From Nitrospiraceae bacterium (GTDB lineage Bacteria; Nitrospirota; Nitrospiria; Nitrospirales; Nitrospiraceae), in contig JBBIQV010000025.1 of the NCBI GenBank assembly GCA_037442105.1, positions 1 to 45,516 on the forward strand: a stretch of DNA of 45,516 nucleotides, given 5' to 3'. A program made the translations under genes and the position numbers. The notes under the pieces are model-generated. The model did no database searches. It was not told the DNA's origin and saw only the letters and a list, made by a program, of their open reading frames with translations. Shown in pieces: positions 25,801-36,334 of this stretch (its first letter is position 1; each line of letters begins with the position of its first letter).

Positions 25801-27336
25801 TTACCGAGTGGGAGGAGGGTCCTGTGTTCCCTGGCGTTCCAGTCGTTCGCTGATTTCCTGCTTCAGTCTGGTCGGTTCTTCGAGCCGGTTTTCGCGCTGC
25901 AGTGTCCCCACTTCGGCAGCCTTGTGAGTGCCCAGCTCGACCATATCCACTTCGTCCTTGATGATATGAGGTGTGAGAAATACGAGCAAGTTCAGTTTCT
26001 CTGATTGCCTCGTCTGGGTCTTGAACAACCAGCCCAGCAAGGGGATATCTCCCAGCAGCGGGATCTTCCGCTCGTTGATCGTCAGATTGTCCCGCACGAG
26101 CCCGCCGATCACCAGCGTTTGCTGATCGTGGGCGACCGTGATGGTTTCCATCGAGCGCTTCGTCGTCGTCGGGCCGACGGGAACCGTGGCGCCGCCGGTT
26201 CCGATCGTCTGCGCCACGTTTTCGGCGATGGCGGTAATTTCTTGCTTCACCTCCAGCCGTACCAGATCATCTTCCAAGACCTGCGGCGTGATTTCCAGCG
26301 TGACACCGACGTCCTTCCGTTCGATGGTGACGAGCGTGCCGCCGGTGATGCCTTGTGCCTGCCCCGTCGGGAAGGGCCGGTTCTCACCCACAACGATTTT
26401 CGCCTTCTGGTTGTCGGCGGCCAGCACTTGCGGCGTCGACAGAATGTTGGTATCTGTGAGCGTCATCAGGAATTGGAGGAACGCCCGCACGTTTATCGAG
26501 TTGAGCACGCTTATCCCCGTGCTGCCTGTCGTCCCGCTCGCGACCCCGCTGATTGCCTGGGCGATGGACGCCAGGTCTTCCGGCTGCCGATTGAATCCGC
26601 CGATCGCTAAAACCGATCCTTTCTGCGCAGCCCCGATGACCTGCAGCGGGTCGGAGCCGATTGTCCGCAACCGATCTACCTGCACTTCGAGGATGACGGC
26701 TTCCACGAAGACCTGCTTTCGCCGGACATCCAGGTTCTGGAGAATGGTCTTGAGCTGGTTGTATGCGCTTTTTGTCGAACTGATGATCACCGAATTTGTC
26801 GCCTTGTCGGCGAACACTTGAACAGGGCCCTCAAATTCGCTCAGGGGACGGATCGGAGGCCGTCCCCCGGGAACCGCCGTCGGCACCTGCGATTTTGCGA
26901 CGACGTTCGTCAGAATCGCCACCGTGTCCGTGGCATTCGCATGCTTGAGCTTATAGACGTATACGCTTCGCTCGGGAGGGACCTCGGACGTCTGGACGAT
27001 CTGAATGACATTGCCTTTGGGGATTGCGGTGAGCCGGCTCACTTCCAACGTCGCCAGGAACATGTTGTATGCCTGCTCAACGGTGACTTTGGTCGGTGAG
27101 AAGAGCGTCACTTTCCCGGACGTTTTCTTGATCGTATCATCGAGCACAAAGTTTTTTCCCGTCAGCTCGCTCATGAAGCGGACGAACACCGGCAGCTCCA
27201 CTTCATTAAAGTCCAAGGTCACTCGTGCCGACGGTGCGGGCACGCTCTGCGCCCAAGTGGTGGAGCCAGCTCCTGCTGCCAGGAAAGCCAGAAGGCACCA
27301 GATCGCCACGAATAAAGATGGTCTACCGTATTTCAT
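25801..27336 (-). CDS. gspD: Type II secretion secretin GspD (short form)
   Basis: Signal peptide; N0 (LDFNEVEL..TGKNF), one NolW-like domain, QVFVEAVI, ILSTP, VG..LEITP, IPLLGDIPLLGWLF. Confidence 0.93.
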   Translation of the reverse strand: MKYGRPSLFVAIWCLLAFLAAGAGSTTWAQSVPAPSARVTLDFNEVELPVFVRFMSELTGKNFVLDDTIKKTSGKVTLFSPTKVTVEQAYNMFLATLEVSRLTAIPKGNVIQIVQTSEVPPERSVYVYKLKHANATDTVAILTNVVAKSQVPTAVPGGRPPIRPLSEFEGPVQVFADKATNSVIISSTKSAYNQLKTILQNLDVRRKQVFVEAVILEVQVDRLRTIGSDPLQVIGAAQKGSVLAIGGFNRQPEDLASIAQAISGVASGTTGSTGISVLNSINVRAFLQFLMTLTDTNILSTPQVLAADNQKAKIVVGENRPFPTGQAQGITGGTLVTIERKDVGVTLEITPQVLEDDLVRLEVKQEITAIAENVAQTIGTGGATVPVGPTTTKRSMETITVAHDQQTLVIGGLVRDNLTINERKIPLLGDIPLLGWLFKTQTRQSEKLNLLVFLTPHIIKDEVDMVELGTHKAAEVGTLQRENRLEEPTRLKQEISERLERQGTQDPPPTR

Positions 27337-28204
27337 AGGTCAGAGCCGCCCTTTGGTTGTCACGCAAGACATCCAACCGAACCGTGCGCTCATTCTTCAA
27401 CTGCTGAAAGAGAGTCAACATCGTGCCCGGGTCTCGAATCTCCACCCCATTCACCCGCTGCAAGACATCGCCGCTGCGGATGCCGACTTTGTCGAAGAAG
27501 CCCTGAGGCATGATATTGTCGACCCGGAATCCTTCCAACCTGCCGTTCACCAAATACGGGACTGCCCGGGCTTGGGTCAGCAGTTTGGGCAAGTCCGCGG
27601 TTACCTGGGCGACTTCTCTGCGGTCTAGAGTCCGATGCAAGGACTGGTTTGTGGTCCTGGAAGGGACCACCGGACCGGCCTCCGTTCCGGCAGGCACCGT
27701 TTGCTTGGCGATGGCCAGTTCCACCCATTCTTCTTGGCGCCCTTGGCGAATCAGCACCGCGTGATGCTGAATATCGGCCAGTTCACCGACGTTCGGGATG
27801 AGATCATGAAGCCGATACAAGGCTTGCCGCTTGGACGGGAGTTCTTCGATCACCGCTAAGACGCCTTCCCGGTCACCGACGACCGTTCCCAGCACATTGA
27901 TCTTTCGTGCCGCATCGAGAGGAGGCGCGGCAGGCGCCCCTGCGGTAGCAACCCGCCCAACTTCGGTCTGCTCTTCTTGGGGGAGAGGAAACAAGCCGCT
28001 TGCCAGAATGTCCGCCACATATCGGCTCGGCTCCGCGCCGGGCCTTGGGGTCGATGCCGGAGTGCTCGTGGAAGTCCGAGCCTCCAGCGGCATGTACAAC
28101 GCTGCTGAGACGAACCCGTTGACCGCGTGAGCGACCACGAAGGCTGCCGCGGTCAAGTATGTCAGCAAGGCAACCCGCCGTCCGATGTGCTGCCAGCGAG
28201 CCAT
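27323..28204 (-). CDS. gspC: Type II secretion protein GspC with PDZ domain
   Basis: TM, HR domain (LGTVVG), C-terminal PDZ (GIRSGDVLQRVNG). Confidence 0.9.
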   Translation of the reverse strand: MARWQHIGRRVALLTYLTAAAFVVAHAVNGFVSAALYMPLEARTSTSTPASTPRPGAEPSRYVADILASGLFPLPQEEQTEVGRVATAGAPAAPPLDAARKINVLGTVVGDREGVLAVIEELPSKRQALYRLHDLIPNVGELADIQHHAVLIRQGRQEEWVELAIAKQTVPAGTEAGPVVPSRTTNQSLHRTLDRREVAQVTADLPKLLTQARAVPYLVNGRLEGFRVDNIMPQGFFDKVGIRSGDVLQRVNGVEIRDPGTMLTLFQQLKNERTVRLDVLRDNQRAALTYEIR

Positions 28205-28359
28205 TCGCCCTCCGGTTTGTCTCCTGGGTCCACCTCAAGAATAGCACGTATGGTATCCCTTCTTGGGGGACAAGCGCAATCTCGGACGTTTTTAGATGCT
28301 TCCTCCTCTAAAGAAGTGCCGGCTCCGTTCCGATGAGGTGATGGATCGGTCTCGCGAGC

Positions 28360-28689
28360 ATGAGCCTGGAAATCGTTCAAATTATCGAAGATGACCGGAC
28401 ACAAGCGCGCCTGATCGACCAAGCCCTCCGGCGGGCGTTACGACGACTGGCGATCAACCGGGGCAAGGTGGTTCCCCGAGAAGAACTGCATACGCTGTTA
28501 TGGGGAGATGACGAACTGGTTCACGAGCGCGACTTAAACGGCTGCATGGAGTCGCTCAAGCAAAAACTGGACGGTGCTCCCTCAGATGGGACCATTGTTT
28601 CCTTATCAAGCGGAGGTTATCAGTTGACCCTTCCGCCGACCGATCAGGAAGCTGTCACGTTATCCACTCCACCGGCTTCCCCACCGTAG
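28360..28689 (+). pseudogene. Internally deleted OmpR/PhoB-family response regulator
   Basis: First ~25 aa of a receiver (IVQIIEDD..ARLI..AL) joined in frame to the second half of a winged helix (GKVVPREEL...LWG....LKQKL......GGYQL). Confidence 0.65.
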
Positions 28690-28693
28690 TCCT

Positions 28694-29278
28694 CTATTCC
28701 CCGGCGTTGAAGTGGACGCTGCGGTTCTTCTGCCAGCAATCGGCGCTGTGCCGGAGACAGAGCGGACGGTCTTTGCCGTAGCTGGTCGTCTCGATCTTGG
28801 AGGTATCGAGCCCCAAATTCTCGAGGTATCGCTTCACGCCTCGGGCCCGGCGCTCGCCGAGGACGAGGTTGTATTCCAAGGTACCCACTTCATCGCCGCG
28901 TCCTTCGAGGAGGATCCGCTTGCCGCCGTGTTCTGCGAGCCGCTTCGCATTGCTCTCGACAGTCGCGACGGCATCCGGTCGCAACGCGGCCTGATCGAAA
29001 TCGAAGAGCACGTCCTGCAGGGACCCATTCTCTCCGGTTCCCGGAGCGCTACTGCGGTTGGTCGGCTGGAGCGAGAGACTCGTTGGAGGGCGGGTGGAAG
29101 CGAGCGACGTTTTCCGGTCGTCGGGAGGAATTTCTTTGACCGGGTTGGCCGCCACCCGCTCTTCCGGCAGCGACTGCTTTCCGGTCACCGACCCGGACTT
29201 GCCGGCGCAGCCGGCCGGCAACAGGACCATCATCAGGGTGACGCCGCATACGGCTCGCGCGAAAAACCGCTTGCCCAA
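28694..29278 (-). CDS. OmpA-family peptidoglycan-associated lipoprotein (Pal-like)
   Basis: Lipobox PAGC; FDFD, EG..DE.G..EYNL.LGERRA, SYGK.RP, NRSV. Confidence 0.9.
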   Translation of the reverse strand: MGKRFFARAVCGVTLMMVLLPAGCAGKSGSVTGKQSLPEERVAANPVKEIPPDDRKTSLASTRPPTSLSLQPTNRSSAPGTGENGSLQDVLFDFDQAALRPDAVATVESNAKRLAEHGGKRILLEGRGDEVGTLEYNLVLGERRARGVKRYLENLGLDTSKIETTSYGKDRPLCLRHSADCWQKNRSVHFNAGE

Positions 29279-29332
29279 CGCTCCCTCCCTTTTACGGAGA
29301 TGAGACCACCGTAGCCGGATTCTGCCGGTGCG

Positions 29333-32300
29333 TCAACGAAATGCTTCGTACACCCGGCGGACCTCCCGCAACGGAGGCCAGTGGAGAACCGCCAGTGAAT
29401 CTTCCACGTATGCCGGCGAGCGCATGCCGTTCAGGACGCATGTGACACCGGGTGTACTTGTCAACACCCAGAGCGCTTTTCTCGACAGCGATTCCTTCCG
29501 TCGCTCTGCCAGCAATAGAGGGTCCATCAGGCGCGTGATCGCCGATACCTTCTCCTGACTCCTTACCGCGGCCTCCCGTCTCAGCTCTCCGAGCAGAGCC
29601 AGCAGTTCCGGCAGGTAGCGACCCCGCCAGCTTTCCCACTGTTCCGCACTCCGGCCGCTCAGGTGTTGGGATAGAGCCCGCAACACTTGGTTCACATGAG
29701 GCGCGATCATTTGGTGCTCGATCTGCTCCCAATGTTCGACACCTTGAATCTGAGGTCGCATGCGAGCCAACTCTTCCGCCCAGTTGAAAAAGTCGCTGGG
29801 CGGCGTTCCTTGGCCGGAGTAGTCGATTGCCGGAGCGATCTCTCTTCGGTACTCTTGCTCCAACTCTGCAACCTTCTTCCGCTGCCGGTCGAACTCGACC
29901 GCCTGCGACTCGACCGTAACTTCTGCGAGCCTTAGAATGCCCGCGTCCTTGGCCGGCATGGCGTTCAGCGGACGATTGACGAGCACCGCGACACCTTCCT
30001 TCCGCGCGACTTGGAGGAGCGTCTCCCGTTCATCGAGGCCCGTATTGGGCGTCAGCAACGCTCCCGACTCGTATAAGTTCATCGGACATTGCAGGATACG
30101 GAAGTGATGGTCCTTCTGGCCGGCCCGGTGAGCCGCGGCCTGTGCGGCATCGAGCATGCGGGACAGAGCCGTGGCCTCCGGATCGTCGGGGCTTGCCGTG
30201 GCCGTGTTCGACGAGACGCCGTACCAGCGCAGGCGGCCTGCCGCGACCTGAGACTCGAGATGGGCAAACGCGGATTCCAACCGCGCGTAGAACTGCTCGC
30301 GCTGTGACGCCACATCGGTCTCTCCGTGGCGATGCGCTTCGGAGAGAAAGTATTCCGGGTTATGCAAGAGACAGACGTCCAGCGTGTCGAGTCCCAGCCG
30401 ATCGAGCGACTGGGCCAACTGATCCGCAAGGAAGTCAGGATGGATACAGTGCCAGATGCCGTCGCCGTACTTCACCATCTCAGGATAGGGCTTGCCGGAT
30501 TTTTCGCGAGCTTCAGCCTGTGTGAGATTCTGTCCCTGGACATACCCGATCTTCGAAACGATAATCACCTGCTCGCGGGCAAGTTCTCCAGCCTTAGTCA
30601 ACTCTGCAAGGACCGACCCCACCAGTCGCTCGCTGTCTCCGTCCATGTAATTGGTCGAGGTGTCGATCAGGTTGCAGCCCTCCCTGAGCGCCTTGACCAG
30701 CGCCGCGCGATACTCCGGCTTACTCAGATCCACCCGATAGGTGCCGAATCCCAAGCGGCTGGTCGTCAAACCGGTCGAGCCCAGGGCCGTGAAACCATTT
30801 GCCAGATCTTGCGACAGCGGGGTGCGATTACTTGCCCTCACCGCATAGGCCGCTGTTCCTCCCACGGTGGCAGATCCGGCAATCCGCCTGCCCGTTAACG
30901 ATTTCTCTCCCGACGGCCTACGCGTTTCCTGTTGCCGGAACTCCGAGGCGAGCAGCTCCGCAATGTCTGACGGATCGGTGATCGGCTTGCGGCAGGCAAA
31001 GTTCCGGCAGACAAAAAGAGCGGGCCGGCCCGCCACGAGGTTCTTCCCAGCCAGGAGCGGGTGATCCGTCGCTCGATCAGGATCGCCCCAGGCCACAATG
31101 CGGTTCGGCAGATAATACCGCGCGACGCTGGACGCGAGAGTTTTGAGCCGGGCATCGGTCGGCGAACCGACAAAGGCAAGCTCGACCGGCCCATTCGTCA
31201 ATACATTCACTACCACCAGACTCTTGGCGAACGCTCTTGGGTACCGGCGGATCTGGCGCCCATAGGCACGGACTGCATCGGTCGCCGCACGACGGAAATC
31301 ATCACGATTGTAATGGAACGACAACCGGGCTAAGACCGATGCAGCCACCGCATTCCCGCTAGGCGTGGCTCCGTCCGGACCTTCCCGGCTACGGAGGATC
31401 AACCGTTCGTGGTCCTTGGCGGTCGTAAAGAACCCACCGTGCTCCGGATCGAGGAAGTCTTCTGCCATCCGTTCAGCCAGACGCACCGCTTCCTTCAGAT
31501 ACCGCTCTTCACCACCTGCCTCGTACAGATCGATGAGGCCTTCGGCAAGATATGCGTAGTCTTCCAGATAGGCATTGAGATGGGCTTTGCCGGCACGGGC
31601 TGTCCTCAGCAATCCGCCGTCCGGCTTGGAAAGTTTCTCCAAAAGAAAATCCGCCGCTCGCCGCGCCGCCAGGAGATAGCGGGTCTCCCCCAACACTCTG
31701 CCTGCTTCGGCCATTGCGCCGATCATCATGCCGTTCCAGGCTGTGATAATTTTGTCATCCAAACCGGGCGGCACCCGTCGGCGACGGGCCTCGTACACCA
31801 AAGGGCGAAGCCGGTCGATTGTCTCGCGCAGCTCACCGGCCGCGATGCCGAGTTCCTCGGCCACCGCCTCAATTGAGCGAGGTGTGTGAGGGATGCTCTT
31901 ATGTTCCCAATTCCCACCCGGCGTGATGTCGTAATACGCACAAAACAGGCGGGCTTCTTCATCGGTCTGCACGGCCGCGCGAATTTCTTCCGGTGTCCAC
32001 ACAAAGAACTTGCCCTCGTCGCCTTCCGAATCCGCATCCGTTGCCGAGTAGAAGCCCCCTTCGGGCGAGGTCATCTCGCGCAGGATGTAATCGAGCACCT
32101 CGGTCGCAACTCGCCGATAGCGGTTTTCCTGCGTGGCTTGATAGGCCTCGACATAGACACGCACGAGAAGGGCGTTGTCGTACAGCATCTTTTCGAAGTG
32201 CGGAACCAGCCATCGTTCATCCGTCGAATATCGGGCGAAGCCTCCGCCGATATGGTCGTAGATCCCCCCGGCTGCCATCGCGTCCAGCGTTGAGGTCACC

Positions 32301-33010
32301 ATCCGCAGTGTGTGGGGATCACGGGTCCGATGGTGGCAGCGCAGGAGCAAGGATAGGCCCGTGGCAGGAGGAAACTTGGGGGCGTTGCCGAAGCCGCCGT
32401 TCCGTGAGTCGAAATCCTCGGCGAATTGGGCGACGGCGATGTCCAGTTCATCCTGTCCAACCGCCATGGGGGAGGGAGTGCCGAGTTCGTTTTTCAATCG
32501 AGTCGTGAGCTCGCCTGCCTGTCGCCGCAAGCCATCCTGGTCGTTTGTCCAGAACTCCGCCACCTTGGTCAGCACTGTGGCGAATCCCGGCCGTCCCCAG
32601 CGATCGACAGGAGGAAAGTATGTTCCGGCGAAGATCGGTTCTTGCTCCGGTGTGAGGAACACGGTCATCGGCCAGCCACCCTGCCCCTGGTTCATCGCGA
32701 CGGTCGCCTGCATATAGATTTCGTCCAGATCAGGCCGCTCTTCTCGATCGACCTTGATGCAGACGAAGTGCCGGTTCATGAGCTGGGCGATCTGTTCATC
32801 TTCGAATGATTCACGCTCCATCACGTGACACCAGTGACAGGCGGAATAGCCGATGGAGAGGAGAATGGGGCGATTCAGCTCGCGCGCCCGTTGAAGCGCT
32901 TCTTCCCCCCAAGGGTACCAGTCCACGGGGTTGTACGCGTGTTGGAGAAGGTAGGGACTCGTCTCGCGGAGGAGGCGATTCGCAGGACGTTCAGCGTGAT
33001 TGGACGGCAT
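29333..33010 (-). CDS. YyaL/DUF255 thioredoxin + alpha/alpha-toroid protein fused to aldo/keto reductase
   Basis: [37 protein letters not shown]-terminal GFGTYR, DTSTNY, SKIG, HNP AKR motifs. Confidence 0.92.
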   Translation of the reverse strand: MPSNHAERPANRLLRETSPYLLQHAYNPVDWYPWGEEALQRARELNRPILLSIGYSACHWCHVMERESFEDEQIAQLMNRHFVCIKVDREERPDLDEIYMQATVAMNQGQGGWPMTVFLTPEQEPIFAGTYFPPVDRWGRPGFATVLTKVAEFWTNDQDGLRRQAGELTTRLKNELGTPSPMAVGQDELDIAVAQFAEDFDSRNGGFGNAPKFPPATGLSLLLRCHHRTRDPHTLRMVTSTLDAMAAGGIYDHIGGGFARYSTDERWLVPHFEKMLYDNALLVRVYVEAYQATQENRYRRVATEVLDYILREMTSPEGGFYSATDADSEGDEGKFFVWTPEEIRAAVQTDEEARLFCAYYDITPGGNWEHKSIPHTPRSIEAVAEELGIAAGELRETIDRLRPLVYEARRRRVPPGLDDKIITAWNGMMIGAMAEAGRVLGETRYLLAARRAADFLLEKLSKPDGGLLRTARAGKAHLNAYLEDYAYLAEGLIDLYEAGGEERYLKEAVRLAERMAEDFLDPEHGGFFTTAKDHERLILRSREGPDGATPSGNAVAASVLARLSFHYNRDDFRRAATDAVRAYGRQIRRYPRAFAKSLVVVNVLTNGPVELAFVGSPTDARLKTLASSVARYYLPNRIVAWGDPDRATDHPLLAGKNLVAGRPALFVCRNFACRKPITDPSDIAELLASEFRQQETRRPSGEKSLTGRRIAGSATVGGTAAYAVRASNRTPLSQDLANGFTALGSTGLTTSRLGFGTYRVDLSKPEYRAALVKALREGCNLIDTSTNYMDGDSERLVGSVLAELTKAGELAREQVIIVSKIGYVQGQNLTQAEAREKSGKPYPEMVKYGDGIWHCIHPDFLADQLAQSLDRLGLDTLDVCLLHNPEYFLSEAHRHGETDVASQREQFYARLESAFAHLESQVAAGRLRWYGVSSNTATASPDDPEATALSRMLDAAQAAAHRAGQKDHHFRILQCPMNLYESGALLTPNTGLDERETLLQVARKEGVAVLVNRPLNAMPAKDAGILRLAEVTVESQAVEFDRQRKKVAELEQEYRREIAPAIDYSGQGTPPSDFFNWAEELARMRPQIQGVEHWEQIEHQMIAPHVNQVLRALSQHLSGRSAEQWESWRGRYLPELLALLGELRREAAVRSQEKVSAITRLMDPLLLAERRKESLSRKALWVLTSTPGVTCVLNGMRSPAYVEDSLAVLHWPPLREVRRVYEAFR

Positions 33011-33060
33011 GGTGTCACCGTAACACCGGGGTAGAAGGATGGTCAACGCCCGGACAAACA

Positions 33061-33093
33061 GAAAGGCCTACGGCCAGAGGCCGTAGGCCTTTC
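33061..33093 (-). terminator. Intrinsic terminator-like hairpin
   Basis: GAAAGGCCTACGGCC-aga-GGCCGTAGGCCTTTC perfect 15-bp stem downstream of small secreted protein. Confidence 0.7.
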
Positions 33094-33143
33094 CTCGCGA
33101 CGCAAGTAAGGCTAGCCTTCCCGGAACTGATCCTTCCTGTGAA

Positions 33144-33317
33144 TTACTTGCCGTCTTTCTTCTTTTTCTCTTCCTTCTTTTCCTCGCCGAAAATCACGAC
33201 GTGCCCGCCCTTCTTCTCATCCTTCTTGTCTTTCTTCTTTGTATCATCGGCGAAGGAAGGAGCGGTGAATGCGACTGCGACCGCAACTGCCATGATAGCC
33301 ATCAGCATGCGCTTCAT
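33144..33317 (-). CDS. Small secreted Lys/Glu-rich protein (57 aa, not in ORF track)
   Basis: MKRMLMAIMAVAVAVAFTAPSFA|DDTKKKDKKDEKKGGHVVIFGEEKKEEKKKKDGK; GGGGGTGA RBS, promoter and terminator. Confidence 0.8.
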   Translation of the reverse strand: MKRMLMAIMAVAVAVAFTAPSFADDTKKKDKKDEKKGGHVVIFGEEKKEEKKKKDGK

Positions 33318-33378
33318 CTAGACTTCACCCCCTTTCAACAGTGGATTAAGTAGCCATGCCCATGAAAATCAGCGGCGT

Positions 33379-33407
33379 ACCGTAGCCAAATGCCGGGGAA
33401 ATGTCAA
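33379..33407 (-). promoter_or_regulatory. Sigma70-like promoter of small secreted protein
   Basis: Minus strand TTGACA-17 nt-TACGGT. Confidence 0.55.
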
Positions 33408-33548
33408 CTGGATTAGACACCGTCCGAGAGAAGGGCATCCGTCGGTCATCGGTGTTCAAGACAACCAGCCAATAAGTACCAGTGAGTATGACGAGACACA
33501 GCGCACTTGTGGTAATCTTCCCAAAGAGGGAGGGATGGTCAAGCGACA

Positions 33549-34997
33549 ATGACCGAGATCGGACCATATTCGAATTACCGCCTCACGGTTCGGCTGGAAC
33601 TGGCCAACAAACCCGGCATGTTTGCCAAAGTCGCCGCGGCCTTGGCCGAAGAAGGGGCCAATCTGGGCGCGGTGGACATCGTGTCGGCCAGCGCCGAGCG
33701 GATGGTCCGCGACGTCACGTTCGACGTCCAGAGTGAAACTCACGGCGACAAGGTCCTTGCGCGCCTGAGTTCGCTTCCCGAAGTGAGAGTTCTGTCGTCT
33801 TCCGACCGCATCTTCCTTATGCACCTTGGCGGCAAGATTCGGGTCCAGAGCAAGCTGCCGGTCAATACGCGCAATATCTTATCGATGGTCTATACGCCTG
33901 GCGTGGGGCGGGTGTCCCAGGCTATTGCCAAGGACCGGACCAAGGCCTATGCCTTTACGATCAAGAGCAACACCGTGGCGGTTGTAACGGATGGATCGGC
34001 GGTGTTGGGGTTGGGGAATTTGGGCGCAGAAGCAGCCCTGCCGGTGATGGAAGGCAAGGCCATGCTCTTCAAGGAACTTGCCGGAATAGATGCATGGCCT
34101 GTCTGCCTCAGCACCCAGGAACCGGATGACATTGTCCGCATCGTGCAAGGCATTGCTCCCGGCTTCGGCGCGATCAACTTGGAAGACATCAGCGCTCCCC
34201 GCTGTTTCGACATCGAGCGGCGGCTGAGAGCCTCGCTGGACATTCCGGTGATGCACGACGACCAGCATGGGACTGCCGTGGTCCTTCTCGCGGCGCTGAC
34301 GAATGCGCTTAAGGTGACGGGAAAACGGATCCAGGAGGTCCGCATCGTCGTCAACGGCCTCGGTGCGGCAGGGACGGCCTGTTGCCGGATGTTGCTGGCC
34401 GCCGGCGCCGCACACTTGCTTGGCTGCGAACCGGAGGGGATTGTCCTCTGGGGTGAAGCCGAGCAACTCCGCGCCTGCCGGACCGATCTCTCCGCCTGCA
34501 TTGAGCGCGACCGCCCGCGCGGAACGTTGCAAGACGCGTTGAAGGGTGCCGACGTCTTCATCGGCCTGTCGGTCGGAAACATTCTCACGCCGGCCGACCT
34601 GGATCTCATGTCGAAGGATCGGATTGTCTTTGCCATGGCAAACCCGGACCCGGAAATCAGCCCGCAGCTCGCTACGTCTCATTGTCGCATCTTCGCGACG
34701 GGCCGGTCGGACTATCCCAATCAAATCAACAATGCACTGGCCTTTCCCGGAATTTTTCGCGGAGCGTTGGACGTGCAAGCCAAGGAAATCAACGAAGCAA
34801 TGAAGCTGGCTGCGGCGAAAGCGATCGCGGAAGTGATCCCCGATTCCACCCTCAGCGAGGATTACATCATCCCCAGCGTGTTCGATAAAGAAGTGGTGCC
34901 GCGTGTCGCCAAGGCGGTGGCTGCGGCGGCAAGAGAAACGGGAGTGGCGCGCCGCCGCGCGAAGGTGGCCGACGACGCGCCGCAACAGGAGAAGTAA
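33549..34997 (+). CDS. NAD(P)-dependent malic enzyme with N-terminal ACT domain
   Basis: ACT (NKPGMFAKV), YTPGV, TDGSAVLGLG, VMEGK, INLEDI, HDDQHGTA, GRSDYPNQINN. Confidence 0.95.
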   Translation: MTEIGPYSNYRLTVRLELANKPGMFAKVAAALAEEGANLGAVDIVSASAERMVRDVTFDVQSETHGDKVLARLSSLPEVRVLSSSDRIFLMHLGGKIRVQSKLPVNTRNILSMVYTPGVGRVSQAIAKDRTKAYAFTIKSNTVAVVTDGSAVLGLGNLGAEAALPVMEGKAMLFKELAGIDAWPVCLSTQEPDDIVRIVQGIAPGFGAINLEDISAPRCFDIERRLRASLDIPVMHDDQHGTAVVLLAALTNALKVTGKRIQEVRIVVNGLGAAGTACCRMLLAAGAAHLLGCEPEGIVLWGEAEQLRACRTDLSACIERDRPRGTLQDALKGADVFIGLSVGNILTPADLDLMSKDRIVFAMANPDPEISPQLATSHCRIFATGRSDYPNQINNALAFPGIFRGALDVQAKEINEAMKLAAAKAIAEVIPDSTLSEDYIIPSVFDKEVVPRVAKAVAAAARETGVARRRAKVADDAPQQEK

Positions 34998-35012
34998 AGC
35001 CGTGGATGTCTT

Positions 35013-35507
35013 TTAGTCCGTTCCTCCGAGGCTTCGCTCGTAGAGCAGGACCTTCCAACCGTCTTCCTCGCTCAGAAATTGTCCCACGATCGGCAGCATC
35101 CCCGTGCCGGGCACTTTGCCGGATTGCCCCATGCTCCCGTTTTTGAGTACCCACATCATCTCGCCGGGCGTCCGGACTTTCTGGAACTTGGGATTGGTGA
35201 AATCGCGCGGTTGAATCGGAAGCACCTTGGCCGCACCGCCGTCTCCTTTGCCCTCCGTCCCATGGCACTGAAAGCAAGTGCCGCGCCCCAAGAAGATCGC
35301 TTTGCCTTCGGCCAGAATCTCCGGCGTGGGTTGGAAGGGCGGCTTCAGCGCTTTGGCCTCCGTGAGTTGATCGGCCGGCACTCGCGGAATCTTAATGTCG
35401 AACTCTCCGCCGGCCTGCCCATAGCCTGAGGGATTCTCTCCGTTCGATGCACTCACCAGCCCCACCAGTACAACACCCACGACCGTCGCTCGAACAACGC
35501 GCTTCAT
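35013..35507 (-). CDS. Monohaem c-type cytochrome
   Basis: Signal peptide, CFQCHG, G.GDG, PRDFT, distal Met in GTGM. Confidence 0.9.
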   Translation of the reverse strand: MKRVVRATVVGVVLVGLVSASNGENPSGYGQAGGEFDIKIPRVPADQLTEAKALKPPFQPTPEILAEGKAIFLGRGTCFQCHGTEGKGDGGAAKVLPIQPRDFTNPKFQKVRTPGEMMWVLKNGSMGQSGKVPGTGMLPIVGQFLSEEDGWKVLLYERSLGGTD

Positions 35508-35693
35508 GACTCCTCCCTTTCAATAATGGACAAAGCGAAACCGCTCTCTGGCAGCGGCGGGAGTCTACCAAAACCAAGAATCTCCGGGCAACCCGCCACA
35601 TCCCGACTCAAAGGCTGTGGAAGCTGATCCGATTATGCTAGAATCGCCCCGGCTCTCGATACAGTTCCCATCCACCGGGCTACGTGAGGATTC

Positions 35694-36329
35694 GTGGCCT
35701 TCTCTGCTTATAAGTTCGCCAAGTACCAGGCCGGCATGCGGCGTCGGATCGAATCCCTTCGCACAAGAACCGAAGACAGCCTCGATTTTGCCGTCGAGTA
35801 CATGATGCACGAACGCATTGACAGCTTCTTTCGCGTCGAGCAAGGCTTGGAGGAGATTGAGCGAACCTTAGCCTCGATCGAGGAAGAATTGTCGCAGATC
35901 ATCGATCTCTCCGGCGCGTCCAGGCTGGAAGCGCGGTTGGAATTCATCGAAGACCGGTGGGACGATCTCGATAGCGAGGCCCGCGAGCGGCCGCGCCGGC
36001 GGCGGCGAAGAATTAATCTTGCAGATTTCTTAAAGGCGGCCGGCGGTGGTGGGGGCGGGGACCGGACGGGAGGGCGAGGCGAAATCAACAACGTGCATGA
36101 TGCCTACGCCGCATTAGGGCTGGAGCTTGGGTGCTCGATGACGGAAGTCACCGCGGCTTTCCGTCAACGAGCCAAGAAAATCCATCCCGATACCCGAAAG
36201 GGCGACCGGAGCTCCGAACCGGAGCTGCGACGCATCATCGAGGCCCATCAGTTTTTGAAAGAATACCTCAGTCTCAGCAACACCGAACCGCAATTCAATA
36301 CCGGCGGGCACTACAAGCCCTCTGAATAA
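35694..36329 (+). CDS. Coiled-coil protein with C-terminal J domain
   Basis: AYAALGL...AFRQRAKKIHPD...IIEAH J-domain with HPD. Confidence 0.85.
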   Translation: MAFSAYKFAKYQAGMRRRIESLRTRTEDSLDFAVEYMMHERIDSFFRVEQGLEEIERTLASIEEELSQIIDLSGASRLEARLEFIEDRWDDLDSEARERPRRRRRRINLADFLKAAGGGGGGDRTGGRGEINNVHDAYAALGLELGCSMTEVTAAFRQRAKKIHPDTRKGDRSSEPELRRIIEAHQFLKEYLSLSNTEPQFNTGGHYKPSE

Positions 36330-36334
36330 CCGCG

